Notes: generated by a model from the letters alone, not told the origin. 64,000 nucleotides of DNA from Brevibacterium luteolum (GCF_013004595.1 NZ_JABEMC010000002.1:248001-312000); one strand, 5' to 3'. Counted from the first letter of the stretch, positions 37,622-47,442 are shown. Program-made: numbers and translations.

Positions 37622-39721
37622 TCAGCTGCGCGGGCCGCGCTGCAGGTTGGCGAGCATCTCGTTGTAGGCCTTGAGCTCGGCATCGCCGCTGCGGTCCTCG
37701 GAGCGGTCGCGGCGCTTGGCCTCGCGGTCGGAGGAGCGCGACCACTGCACGGCGACGATGATCGCCAGGGCCAGCGTCGGGAACTCGCCGATGCCCCAGG
37801 TGATCTCACCGCCGAGCGCCTGGTCCTCCAGCGCCGGGAACCAGCCGTGGCCCATATTGCCGAACCAGTCGGGTTCGATGAGCGCCTCGGAGGAGATGAT
37901 CGAGACGCCGAAGAAGGCGTGGAAGGTCATCGTCACCAGCAGCATGAGCAGCCGCATCGGGTAGGGCAGCCGGTTGACGCCGGGGTCGATGCCGATGAGC
38001 GACTGGGCGAAGAGGTAGCCGGCGGCCAGGAAGTGGACCATCATGAGCTCGTGGCCGAGGTGGGTATCCAGGGCCGGGTACATGATGCCGCTGTAGTAGA
38101 AGATCACCATGGAGCCGGCGAAGTTGACCGCTGCGACGATCGGGTGGGCCCAGAACCGCAGGTAGCGGGAGTGCACGGCGCCCAGGATCCATTCGCGCGG
38201 ACCGCGGGAGCCGTCGGTGCGCGGCTTCGTCGCGCGCATGAGCAGGGTGATGGGCGCACCGAGGACCATCGGCAGGGGCACCGCCATGACGAGGAGCATG
38301 TGCTGGATCATGTGCCCGGAGAACAGCACCTGGCCGTAGACCATCGGCCCACCGGAGGTGATGTAGAACAGCCCGGCCATGCCGATCACCCAGCTGATGG
38401 TCCGCCCGGTCGACCAGGTGTCGCCGCGCCGGCGCAGCTCGCGCACGGCCAGCAGGTAGCCGACGACGAAGCCGACGGTGATGACCGTCCACAGCGGGTC
38501 GACGCGCCATTCCGTGAAGTACGACAGCCAGGTCGGCTCCGGCGGCAGCGGCTCGGAGGTGAGGATCTCCGCCGGGGTCGGGGCCGGCGGCGGTTCATCG
38601 GGGATCGGCGGCTGGGAGCGTGAGAGCACAACGCCGAGCGCCATGACCGCACCGAAGATGAGCGTTTCGACGCCGAGCAGCCGCCAGAACTCCTTGCGAG
38701 CCGCAGCAGTGGTCTTGAGCCGGTTGATGACGAAGGTGCGGTGCCAGTAGCCGATGACGCCGAGGATGATCGTGAGCACGACCTTCCCGATGACGACAAG
38801 CCCGTAGGGGGTCTGCCAGTCGTCGAGGGTGCGCACGCGCAGCAGCGCGTTGACGAACCCGGAGTAGACCATGATGGCGAACGCGATGAGCGCCATCGTC
38901 GAGAACCGGGAGACGAGCACGGCCAGGTCGTCGCGCTTGGTCAGCAATGGAGCGAGCACGGCCATGACGAGGATCCCGCCGAGCCAGGCGACGACGGCGA
39001 GCAGGTGCAGGCCGATGCTGTTGACGGCCTGCATGTGGCCGTAGGCTTCAGCCGAGTGGCCCATGAGTGCCAGCGGCACGAGTGAGAGCACGCCGAGGAC
39101 GGTGATGAGCCCGATGCCCATGAAGGAGCGGGTGGCGAAGACGAGCGTGGAGAGCGTCGCGGCCATGAGCACGATCGCCAGGCGCAGCTGCCCGTAGGGG
39201 ATCTGGGTGATGTAGACGCCGAGCTGCTGGGAGAAGTCGCCCTCGAATGCCTGCGCGCCGACGGAGTCGATGAACGCGAAGATGAGCACGGCGACCGCGG
39301 CGACCGTCCAGACGATCGAGGCGATCTGGGCGATGCCGAGCGTGCGCTCCCACAGCGGGTCCAGCGGGATGTCGCGGCGCGTCTTGCGGTCCTTGTGGCG
39401 GATCCGCCCGCCGTGGTCGCGCGGGAAGACGAGCGTGGCCAGGAACAGCGCGGCCAAGGTGACCGACATCGAGAGGTTGAAGAGGAACTCGGCGATCGGC
39501 AGGCCGAACCGGCCGAGCGGGCCGGAGTCATTCAGCAGCAGCGGTGCGGCGGCGCCGGTGAAGTCGAGGGCGAAGGCGCCGCAGACGGCGGCGACGAGGA
39601 TGAAGCCGGGGATCGCGGCCAGCCGCAGCCGGCGGGCTGCGGTGACGTCGGGGCCGGATCCGCGGGCCGGGCTGGAGCCGGAGTGCGCGCGGCCGGTTGA
39701 GGGTGCAGACGTTGATGTCAC
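37622..39721 (-). CDS. CopD + cytochrome c oxidase assembly (caa3 CtaG) fusion
   Basis: GHSA, HLL...WLGG (CopD); HMIQHM, FHAFFG, DQ.LGG.I.W..GE (CtaG). Confidence 0.88.
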   Translation of the reverse strand: MTSTSAPSTGRAHSGSSPARGSGPDVTAARRLRLAAIPGFILVAAVCGAFALDFTGAAAPLLLNDSGPLGRFGLPIAEFLFNLSMSVTLAALFLATLVFPRDHGGRIRHKDRKTRRDIPLDPLWERTLGIAQIASIVWTVAAVAVLIFAFIDSVGAQAFEGDFSQQLGVYITQIPYGQLRLAIVLMAATLSTLVFATRSFMGIGLITVLGVLSLVPLALMGHSAEAYGHMQAVNSIGLHLLAVVAWLGGILVMAVLAPLLTKRDDLAVLVSRFSTMALIAFAIMVYSGFVNALLRVRTLDDWQTPYGLVVIGKVVLTIILGVIGYWHRTFVINRLKTTAAARKEFWRLLGVETLIFGAVMALGVVLSRSQPPIPDEPPPAPTPAEILTSEPLPPEPTWLSYFTEWRVDPLWTVITVGFVVGYLLAVRELRRRGDTWSTGRTISWVIGMAGLFYITSGGPMVYGQVLFSGHMIQHMLLVMAVPLPMVLGAPITLLMRATKPRTDGSRGPREWILGAVHSRYLRFWAHPIVAAVNFAGSMVIFYYSGIMYPALDTHLGHELMMVHFLAAGYLFAQSLIGIDPGVNRLPYPMRLLMLLVTMTFHAFFGVSIISSEALIEPDWFGNMGHGWFPALEDQALGGEITWGIGEFPTLALAIIVAVQWSRSSDREAKRRDRSEDRSGDAELKAYNEMLANLQRGPRS

Positions 39722-39737
39722 GTGTGTGCTCAGGCCT

Positions 39738-40595
39738 TCAGCTCAGCCGCCGGTCGGCCAGCGCCGGGAAGCTCTCGCGGCGCTGGGCGATCGCGTCGAT
39801 GTCGATGTGGGCAGACAGGATGGTCGCGTCCGGCCCGGCCTCGGCGAGGGCGACGCCGGCGGCGTCGACCATGACCGAGCGGCCGCCCATCTGGGTGCGG
39901 GCGTGGTAGCCGGCGGTGTTGCAGGCGATGAGGGCGGTGAAGTCCTCCGCGGCCCGGGCGCGGGCGAAGAGGCTCCAGTGGTCGACACGTGCGGCCGGCC
40001 ATGCGGCAGGCACAACCACCACCTCGGTCCCGGCGTCGACGAGTGCGCGGAACATCTCCGGGAAGCGCAGGTCGTAGCAGGTCGCCAGGCCGAGGGTGAC
40101 CTCGCGGCCGTCGACGGTGATCGGGCAGGTGACGATGTCCTCACCGGCGTCGAGCAGCGTCGGCTCGCCTGCACCGAACCCGAACCGGTGGATCTTGCGG
40201 TAGGCGGCGACCACCTCGCCGGCGGGGTCGAGGAGGACTGAGGTGTTGTACAGGCCGCGCTGCCCCTCGGGGATCTCCCCGAGAGCCGTGATGTCTCCGC
40301 CGGCGGCGGAGAGCCGGGCCTGCGCTTCATCGGTGGCTTCGAGGATCGACCCGGCGTGGATGTAGGCGCCGGTCTCCCGGGCGATCGCCGCCAGCGCGGC
40401 GATGGTCGGGCCGGTGGCGACGGATTCGGCGCGGGTGCCCCAGGCGCGGTAGTCGAAGGCGCCAGCGGACCAGAGTTCAGGCAGCACGATGAGGTCGGCC
40501 TCGTGCTGGGAGGCGGCCAAGGCGGCGGCCCGGCGGATGCGCGCAGACTGGTCCTCACGGTCGGTGTAGGCCAGCTGAATCGCAGAAACTCGCAT
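39738..40595 (-). CDS. carbon-nitrogen hydrolase (nitrilase superfamily)
   Basis: LPELW, YRKIH, TCYDLRFPE triad; TACCCT-N7-ATG. Confidence 0.9.
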   Translation of the reverse strand: MRVSAIQLAYTDREDQSARIRRAAALAASQHEADLIVLPELWSAGAFDYRAWGTRAESVATGPTIAALAAIARETGAYIHAGSILEATDEAQARLSAAGGDITALGEIPEGQRGLYNTSVLLDPAGEVVAAYRKIHRFGFGAGEPTLLDAGEDIVTCPITVDGREVTLGLATCYDLRFPEMFRALVDAGTEVVVVPAAWPAARVDHWSLFARARAAEDFTALIACNTAGYHARTQMGGRSVMVDAAGVALAEAGPDATILSAHIDIDAIAQRRESFPALADRRLS

Positions 40596-40652
40596 GCCCT
40601 CTAGGGTAGTCGCGCGCTTCGGGGCGGCCAAAGCCGGGGCGGGGTGGACGCA

Positions 40653-40687
40653 GAAGCGCCCGGGACCATCAAGGTCCCGGGCGCTTC
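40653..40687 (-). terminator. terminator after hup
   Basis: 15-bp perfect stem gaagcgcccgggacc/ggtcccgggcgcttc. Confidence 0.8.
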
Positions 40688-40714
40688 CCGAAGTTCCGTA
40701 TCCGGAAGAGGAGG

Positions 40715-41005
40715 TCACTTCTTGGGCGAGCCGGCAGCTGCCTTGAGCTTCGATCCGGCCGAGAGCTTCACCGAGTAGCCAGCGGGAATCTGGATCTCTT
40801 CGCCGCTGCGCGGGTTGCGGCCCTTGCGAGCTGCACGCTCGGTGCGCTCAACGGACAGCCAGCCCGGGATGGTCAGCTTGTCGCCGTTCTTGACGACCTC
40901 GCTGAACGACTCGAACACACCGTCGAGGACGTCCGACACCTGCTTCTGGGTCAGATCGGTCTTCTCGGCAACCTCGGAAACGAGTTCACTGCGGTTCTTA
41001 GCCAT
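40715..41005 (-). CDS. hup: HU family DNA-binding protein
   Basis: RAARKGRNPRSGEEIQIPA, GSKLK; RBS AAGGAGGA. Confidence 0.95.
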   Translation of the reverse strand: MAKNRSELVSEVAEKTDLTQKQVSDVLDGVFESFSEVVKNGDKLTIPGWLSVERTERAARKGRNPRSGEEIQIPAGYSVKLSAGSKLKAAAGSPKK

Positions 41006-41065
41006 AAGGTTGTCCTCCTTCAGGACATAGGTCGGTTGATTCACCGATACCGAACTTACCAGAGA

Positions 41066-41371
41066 TTACCAGCTCGACTTGGTAACTCCGGGCAGTTCTC
41101 CGCGATGTGCCATCTCACGGAAGCGCACCCGGGACAGTCCGAACTTGCGGAGGTAGCCGCGCGGACGGCCGTCGACCTGGTCGCGATTGCGCAGGCGGAT
41201 CGGCGATGCGTCGCGCGGGAGCTTCTGCAGACCCAGGCGGGCCTCCTCGCGCTGCTCGTCGGTCGAATCGGGGTGGACCAGCTGACGCTTGAGCTCTGCG
41301 CGGCGCTCGGCGTAGCGCTCGACGATCTCGGCGCGCTGCTTGTTGCGTGCGATCTTGGACTTCTTAGCCAT
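41066..41371 (-). CDS. rpsN: 30S ribosomal protein S14, long Zn-independent type
   Basis: [27 protein letters not shown]; 101 aa, no Cys. Confidence 0.97.
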   Translation of the reverse strand: MAKKSKIARNKQRAEIVERYAERRAELKRQLVHPDSTDEQREEARLGLQKLPRDASPIRLRNRDQVDGRPRGYLRKFGLSRVRFREMAHRGELPGVTKSSW

Positions 41372-41380
41372 TGTGTGCGC

Positions 41381-41551
41381 TCAGCGCTCCTCTCGGAAAT
41401 CTACGTGCTTGCGGACGACGGGATCGTACTTCTTCAGCACGATGCGGTCCGGGTTGTTGCGGCGGTTCTTGCGGGTGACGTAGGTGTAGCCCGTGCCGGC
41501 AGTGGACTTGAGCTTGATGATCGGACGGATGTCCTTGGTCTTCGCTGCCAT
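41381..41551 (-). CDS. rpmG: 50S ribosomal protein L33 (Cys-less)
   Basis: Translated by hand: [56 protein letters not shown]. Confidence 0.97.
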   Translation of the reverse strand: MAAKTKDIRPIIKLKSTAGTGYTYVTRKNRRNNPDRIVLKKYDPVVRKHVDFREER

Positions 41552-41787
41552 CAGAGCTTCACTCCTTTCGCGATGAGATCGGTCACCACAGCGTCGATGC
41601 CGCGTGCGTCGATGACCTTCATGCCCTTGGCGGACACGGTGAGGGTCACGGTCTTGCGCAGCGAGGGCACGTAGTAGCGCTTCTTCTGAATGTTCGGGTT
41701 GAACCGGCGCTTGGTGCGGCGGTTCGAGTGGGACACATTGTGTCCGAAACCGGGAACTGCTCCGGTCACCTGGCAGGTTGCTGCCAT
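41551..41787 (-). CDS. rpmB: 50S ribosomal protein L28
   Basis: [37 protein letters not shown]. Confidence 0.97.
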   Translation of the reverse strand: MAATCQVTGAVPGFGHNVSHSNRRTKRRFNPNIQKKRYYVPSLRKTVTLTVSAKGMKVIDARGIDAVVTDLIAKGVKL

Positions 41788-41810
41788 TTCTCTCCTCCAG
41801 TTCACTTGAG

Positions 41811-42102
41811 CGGCGGAATCCGCTGCGCCGTGCGGGCGCGGGGCGGGATTCGCCGAAGACATCAACACATCGTCGTCACCGGTGCTGCATTCCAGATGCA
41901 CCGCCTGCGCAGGCAGACCGGTGCACACCCGTGGAACACACTGCGGTGGCGTGAATGAAACCCCGGTGAAGGGTTTGTGTACGCCGCAATCGTGCGACGT
42001 GATGTCTCACCAGCGCTGAAGCCGTTGAGGCCTGTGAGAGAGGGCCGAAGCTATCGTGCAGCGCTCAATGAGCACGATCATCAGGACAGCGATGCTGTCT
42101 GA
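41811..42102 (-). ncRNA. candidate structured 5' leader / ncRNA upstream of rpmB
   Basis: At least 7 stems including long-range AGACATCA/TGATGTCT; candidate promoter TTGCCT-N18-TAAGAT at 42149-42120. Confidence 0.4.
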
Positions 42103-42260
42103 CGAGTCAACAGGAGAACATCTTACTGACGCACGCGCGTCGCAGGCAAATTCAGTTGAACTCGGTAGTACCCTCTGCCAAGGTATATGGACATGGACAG
42201 TGTTCGCATGCGGGAGGATGCTGCATCCGGTTCACGCAGGCGTCGTTCGACGGGCCGGCG

Positions 42261-43430
42261 ATGACCGGGCCGGCCATCCCGCCACGCCCCGAGGGCTCAC
42301 CCCTGAGCCCGCCGTCGCCGCCCGCTCCCGAGGCGTCGCGCACCGAACCAGCTGAACCCGCCTCCCAGCCGGCGCGTCCGCGCATTCGCCCGGCGCAGAG
42401 CGAGAAGTGGGACCGCGAACCCGAACCGAGCCCGGCTGTCAGCGGGCCAGCCGTCGCTCCCGCCTCCGGCGCAGCGGCCAGCACCCCTGGTCCGGGGGCC
42501 GGTGCGCACGCCGGCCTGCCGCAGGGCTATTGGTCCAGCCCGGCCGGGCAGCTGTACTACCGGGCCGCTGACGGCCAGGACTACTGCCAGGCCTCGGACG
42601 GGAAATTCTATCCGGTGGCCACGCTGCTGGCCCAGCAGCCGGCAGGCGCTGCGGCTGCGCCTGCCGCAGCCGCACACACGCGACCGCCGTCCGCTACCGG
42701 GCCCACCGAGGCAGCGGCCGGCCATCCTGCGCCCGGGGCCTCAGCTGCCGATGACCGTTCGACCTATTACGAGTACATCGCCGCCCACACCGGCGAGCAG
42801 CGCATTGCGCAGAACGACTCCCCCTCGGGCCCGCCCGACCCCGCCGGCCTGCGCAGTCCCGCCAGCTCACGGGCACCGCACCGTCGGCGGCGCACCGGCA
42901 TGACTGTCGTCGCGGCGATCGCTGCGACCGTCCTCGTCGCCGTCGCCGTTTTCCTCGGACTGCCGCTGCTCAGCCCGAATGAGGACCTCAAGCCGTCCGA
43001 GGAGCCCAGTGCCGAAGACACCGGCACCGGTGGCGGTGAGACCTCGGCCCCGGCTGCCGAGCAGCTCAAGGAGCTGGCGCAGAATGACCACGCGACAGTC
43101 GCCTCGAAACTCGACGGGCACTGGGTGGTGCAGCTGAGCGCCAAGCAGGAGGGCCTGACGACCGAGCAGCAGACGTGGACCAATGAGGCGATCCTGGAGG
43201 AGTTCGAGACGCTGCGCGCCCAGCATCCGGAGGCGCTGCTGCTCAACAGCTCACAGTGGTCGAGCTTCCGGCTCAACGACTACTGGATCACCGTGCTCAA
43301 CGAGCCCTATGACGATCCGGAGGCCGCACTGGCCAAATGCCGGGAGCTCGGCATCGACCGCGACAACTGCTTCGCCAAGAAGATCTCCTCCACCGAAGGC
43401 CCCGAGGGCACGACGAAGCTGAACCCTTAA
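42261..43430 (+). CDS. hypothetical single-pass membrane protein (Pro-rich N-terminus, Cys-containing C-domain)
   Basis: ATG 42261; one TM; WVVQLSAK..., C..C at the C-terminus. Confidence 0.7.
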   Translation: MTGPAIPPRPEGSPLSPPSPPAPEASRTEPAEPASQPARPRIRPAQSEKWDREPEPSPAVSGPAVAPASGAAASTPGPGAGAHAGLPQGYWSSPAGQLYYRAADGQDYCQASDGKFYPVATLLAQQPAGAAAAPAAAAHTRPPSATGPTEAAAGHPAPGASAADDRSTYYEYIAAHTGEQRIAQNDSPSGPPDPAGLRSPASSRAPHRRRRTGMTVVAAIAATVLVAVAVFLGLPLLSPNEDLKPSEEPSAEDTGTGGGETSAPAAEQLKELAQNDHATVASKLDGHWVVQLSAKQEGLTTEQQTWTNEAILEEFETLRAQHPEALLLNSSQWSSFRLNDYWITVLNEPYDDPEAALAKCRELGIDRDNCFAKKISSTEGPEGTTKLNP

Positions 43431-43490
43431 GCCTCTCTGTCCCCCGGCACCCCTGGCTCCCGTCGTTGAGCGCCAGGCACCCGCACACGC

Positions 43491-43526
43491 CAGCGGGCCC
43501 GCCCCGAAAAGGGAGCGAGCCCGCTG
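43491..43526. terminator. stem-loop between convergent genes
   Basis: cagcgggc..gcccgctg hairpin. Confidence 0.65.
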
Positions 43527-43548
43527 TGTCAGTGCAGAGTCACCTCAC

Positions 43549-44955
43549 TCACATGAGCATGAGCGCCGGGTCTTCGAGTGCCCGGCCGACGTCGGCGAGG
43601 AACATCGAGATGACCTCACCGTCGACGAGCCGGTGATCGGCTGAGACCGCCAGTGTCGTGATGTCGCGGGCGACGATCTCATCATCGACGACCCATGGGC
43701 GCTTGCGGACCTGGCCGAAGGCCAGGATCGCCGCCTCTCCCGGGTTGATGATCGGGGTGCCGGCGTCGACGCCGAACACGCCGACGTTGGTGATGGTGAT
43801 CGTGCCGCCGGCCTGATCGGCCGGTGCCGTCTTGCCGGCCCGCGCCGTGGCGGTCAGCTCGCCGAGTTCGAGGGCCAGGTCGCGCAGTCCCATCGCGTGG
43901 GCGCCCTTGATGTTGGGCACGATGAGTCCGCGCGGGGTGGCCGCGGCGATGCCGAGGTTGACGTAGTGCTTGACGACGATGTCGTCACCGTCGAAGCACG
44001 AGTTGATCCGCGGGTTGCGCAGCGCAGCCCAGCACACGGCCTTGGCAACGATGAGCAGCGGGGAGACGCGCACGTCCTCGCCGAGCTGCTTCTTCGTCTT
44101 CAGCCGCTTGACCAGCTCCATCATCGCAGTGACGTCGACGTCGAGGAACTCGGTGACGTGCGGGGCGGTGAAGGCGGAGTCGACCATGGCCTGGGCCATG
44201 AACTTCGTGACGCCCTTGAACGGGATCCGCTCCTCGGTTCCGGTCGCTGGCTGCTGGCCGGCTGCCGGCGCCGAGGCGGTGGCCGGCTGGGCAGCCGATC
44301 CGCCGGATTCGATGTGGCGCAGCAGGTCGTCGCGGGTGACTTCACCGCGGGCACCGGTCGGGGTCACGTCGAGCAGGTCGATGCCCTTGCTCTTGGCCAG
44401 CTTGCGCACCGGCGGCTTGGCGAGCACCTTCGGGCGCTCTGCGCCGGTACCGCCGGGCTGCTCCTGCGGTGCGGCTTCGGCCGGCTGTCCCGGCTCTTCC
44501 TGCACCTCGGGCACCTCGCGGGACGGTGCCTCGGTCTGGGCGGGCTTGGCCGCCTGGGTCTTGCGCGGGCGGCGCTTCGAGGAGTCCGCACGTACGCCGT
44601 AGCCGACGAGGTTCGGGCCGGCGCTGCCATCGCTGGAGTCACCGGACTTCTCAGCCTGGCCGCCTTCGGCTTGCTCGCCGGCTGCACCGGCATCGGATCC
44701 GCCGCCAGCACCGGAGCCGTCACCGTCGAATTCGATGATCGGGGTGCCGACCTCGACGGTCTGGCCTTCCTCGACGAGGAGGGCGGAGATGGTCCCGGCC
44801 TGCGGGCTGGGCAGTTCGACAAGCGACTTGGCGGTCTCGATCTCAACGAGGATCTGGTTGACGGTGACAGCGTCGCCGACTGCCACCTTCCACGAGACGA
44901 TATCGGCTTCGGTGAGACCTTCGCCGACGTCGGGGAGGTTGAAGAGGTTCGACAT
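43549..44955 (-). CDS. pdhC: dihydrolipoamide acyltransferase E2 (PdhC/BkdC)
   Basis: LPDVGEG, ETAKS lipoyl site, AKPPVRKLA, DHRLVDG. Confidence 0.93.
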   Translation of the reverse strand: MSNLFNLPDVGEGLTEADIVSWKVAVGDAVTVNQILVEIETAKSLVELPSPQAGTISALLVEEGQTVEVGTPIIEFDGDGSGAGGGSDAGAAGEQAEGGQAEKSGDSSDGSAGPNLVGYGVRADSSKRRPRKTQAAKPAQTEAPSREVPEVQEEPGQPAEAAPQEQPGGTGAERPKVLAKPPVRKLAKSKGIDLLDVTPTGARGEVTRDDLLRHIESGGSAAQPATASAPAAGQQPATGTEERIPFKGVTKFMAQAMVDSAFTAPHVTEFLDVDVTAMMELVKRLKTKKQLGEDVRVSPLLIVAKAVCWAALRNPRINSCFDGDDIVVKHYVNLGIAAATPRGLIVPNIKGAHAMGLRDLALELGELTATARAGKTAPADQAGGTITITNVGVFGVDAGTPIINPGEAAILAFGQVRKRPWVVDDEIVARDITTLAVSADHRLVDGEVISMFLADVGRALEDPALMLM

Positions 44956-44963
44956 GCAGGTCC

Positions 44964-45938
44964 TTAGTAGGCGAGGGCGCGATCGACACCGTCGAGGATG
45001 CGATCGAGGTCAGGCAGGTAGTGGTGCTCGAGCTTCGAACCCGGGTACGGGGTGTGGAATCCGCCGACCCGCAGCACGGGCGCTTCGAGGTGGAAGAAGC
45101 AGCGTTCGGTGATCCGGGCGGCGATCTCCGAGCCCAGGCCCAGGAACACCGGGGCCTCGTGCGCGATGACGAGCCGGCCGGTCTTCTTCACCGAGGCTTC
45201 GATGGTGTCGAAGTCGATCGGGTTGAGCGAGCGCAGGTCGATGAGCTCGATGCTCGTGCCCTCCTCGGCCGCAGCAGCGACCGCATCAGCGGCAGGCGGC
45301 ATGAGCGGGCCGTAGGAGAGGAGCGTGACGTCGGTGCCCTCGGTGACGACCTGGGCGGAGTGCACGTCGAGGCCGCGGTTGTCCATGTCGACGTCCCCGC
45401 GCATCCAGTAGCGGCGCTTGGGCTCGAAGTACATGACCGGGTCCGGGCTCTTGATGGCCTCCTGGATCATCCAGTAGGCGTCATGCGGGGTCGACGGCGA
45501 GATGATCCGCAGTCCGGCATGGTGGGCGAAGACGGCCTCGGGGCTTTCGGAGTGGTGCTCCGGGGAGCCGATGCCGCCGCCGTAGGGCACGCGGATGACG
45601 ACCGGGACGTTCTCCTGGCCGAGCGTGCGGTTGTGCAGCTTCGCCAGCTGGGTGACGATCTGGTCGTAGGCCGGGAAGATGAAGGCATCGAACTGGATCT
45701 CGACGACCGGGCGGTAGCCGCGCACGGCCATGCCGATCGAGGTGCCGACGATGCCGGATTCGGCCAGCGGCGAGTCGATGACCCGGTGCTCGCCGAAGTC
45801 CTTCTGCAGACCCTCGGTGACGCGGAAGACGCCGCCGAGCTTTCCGATGTCCTCACCGATGAGGACGACCTTCGGGTCGTCCTCCATCGCCTTGCGCAGG
45901 CCTGCGGTGATCGCTTTGGACAGCGCCAGAGTCGTCAT
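44964..45938 (-). CDS. pdhB: 2-oxoacid dehydrogenase E1 beta (PdhB/BkdB)
   Basis: GED.GKLGGVFR, EIQF, EHHSE. Confidence 0.93.
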   Translation of the reverse strand: MTTLALSKAITAGLRKAMEDDPKVVLIGEDIGKLGGVFRVTEGLQKDFGEHRVIDSPLAESGIVGTSIGMAVRGYRPVVEIQFDAFIFPAYDQIVTQLAKLHNRTLGQENVPVVIRVPYGGGIGSPEHHSESPEAVFAHHAGLRIISPSTPHDAYWMIQEAIKSPDPVMYFEPKRRYWMRGDVDMDNRGLDVHSAQVVTEGTDVTLLSYGPLMPPAADAVAAAAEEGTSIELIDLRSLNPIDFDTIEASVKKTGRLVIAHEAPVFLGLGSEIAARITERCFFHLEAPVLRVGGFHTPYPGSKLEHHYLPDLDRILDGVDRALAY

Positions 45939-47093
45939 TTACCGCGCTCCTTCAGCTGTGTCGGCGAACGAGTCGAGGTAGTCGAGGTAGGCTGCCTTCT
46001 CCTCTTCGATGAGCGGGTGCGGGTCTTCGAAGACGTTGTCGAAGATCTCCGAGACGTCCGGCTCGACCATGGAGACGCAGGCCTCGCGGATGCGCGCGGC
46101 CAGCGCGTCAGCTTCCTCGTCGACCTGGGCGAAGAAGTCCTCGCCGGTGTCGGTCTCGTTCTCCAGGTAGATGCGCAGGCGCTTGATCGGATCCTTGGCC
46201 TTCCACTCCTCGGTGACCGCGTCGTCACGGTACTTCGTCGGGTCGTCAGCCGTGGTGTGAGCACCCATCCGGTAGGTGAACGCCTCGATGAGCATCGGGC
46301 CGTGGCCGGCGCGCACCGAGTCGAGCGAGGCGCGGGAGACGGCGTACATGGCGATCGGGTCGTTGCCGTCGACGCGCACGCCGGGCACGCCGAAGCCCTG
46401 ACCGCGGGTGTAGAGCGGGGCCGGGGTCTGCACGCTGGTCGGCTCCGAAATCGCCCACTGGTTGTTCTGACAGAAGAAGAGCACCGGTGCGTTGAAAGCG
46501 CCGGCGAAGGTCAGCGCCTCGGACACATCGCCCTGGCTGGTCGCACCGTCGCCGAAGCAGGCGATCGACACGGCGTCGCGTTCCAGGTCGCCGGTCCCGA
46601 CGTCGCCGTCCATCTGGATGCCCATGGCGTAACCGGTGGCGTGCAGGGTCTGGGAGCCGATGACGATCGTGTAGGAGTGGAAGCGCAGCGCCTGCGGATC
46701 CCAGCCGGAGTGGTTCTGGCCGCGGAACATGCCCAGCAGGGTCTCCGGCGGCACGCCACGGCACCATGCCAGGCCGTGCTCGCGGTAGGTCGGGAAGACG
46801 AAGTCCTGCGGGCGGCTGGCCCGGCCCATGCCGATCTGCGCGGCCTCCTGGCCGAGCAGCGGGGCCCACAGGCCGAGCTGGCCCTGGCGCTGCAGGGCGT
46901 TGCCCTCAGCGTCGACGCGGCGCACGAGCACCATGTCCTTGTAGAAACCGCGCAGATCCTCGTCGGTGAGCTCTGCAGCGAAAGCGTCGTATTCTCCCGA
47001 GCTGACACGTTCGCCTTCGGGAGTCAGCATCTGGATCATTCGCGGGCCTGACCCAATATCAGGGCTGGCGCCCTGCGCAATATTCGATGTCAT
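45939..47093 (-). CDS. pdhA: 2-oxoacid dehydrogenase E1 alpha (PdhA/BkdA)
   Basis: GQEA, FGDGATSQG..NN TPP motif, YRMGAHTTADDP. Confidence 0.93.
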   Translation of the reverse strand: MTSNIAQGASPDIGSGPRMIQMLTPEGERVSSGEYDAFAAELTDEDLRGFYKDMVLVRRVDAEGNALQRQGQLGLWAPLLGQEAAQIGMGRASRPQDFVFPTYREHGLAWCRGVPPETLLGMFRGQNHSGWDPQALRFHSYTIVIGSQTLHATGYAMGIQMDGDVGTGDLERDAVSIACFGDGATSQGDVSEALTFAGAFNAPVLFFCQNNQWAISEPTSVQTPAPLYTRGQGFGVPGVRVDGNDPIAMYAVSRASLDSVRAGHGPMLIEAFTYRMGAHTTADDPTKYRDDAVTEEWKAKDPIKRLRIYLENETDTGEDFFAQVDEEADALAARIREACVSMVEPDVSEIFDNVFEDPHPLIEEEKAAYLDYLDSFADTAEGAR

Positions 47094-47185
47094 GGCGTTC
47101 TCCTAACGTCGTGGCCGCTGACCGAGTTCGTCGGTGAAGCGGTCCGAACCAGTGGGGTCGGCGCGGTTGTGCACCCAGCCCCGGC

Positions 47186-47201
47186 AGTGAGACATTTCAC
47201 A
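47186..47201. promoter_or_regulatory. CRP/GlxR-like box AGTGA-N6-TCACA
   Basis: One mismatch to TGTGA-N6-TCACA, ~95 bp upstream of E1 alpha. Confidence 0.55.
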
Positions 47202-47442
47202 ATGTGGTCACACACTAACGGATTCGCATGGTGTGTGCCAAGCTGACGGATTGCCTCGGACGGGTGTTCCGAAGCGGTGGCGCGGCCGTGCACCGACCTG
47301 CTTCCAGCGTAGGCTCACCACCCCGTCCCTGGTAGGCCGCCGCCGAGGTGGGGGCTGGGTTTTTGACGTTGTCGAACAATTGCTTGGACACCCGACTAAA
47401 TGTCGGCTGGGAACCTTCTGAGAAACCCCTCTGTTATGTGCG

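Noticed and set aside
45021..47051. 676-aa plus-strand ORF (similarly 58311..60362, 24596..26356, 47593..49296, 3079..4686)
   Set aside because: Antisense shadows of well-supported genes, expected in high-GC DNA
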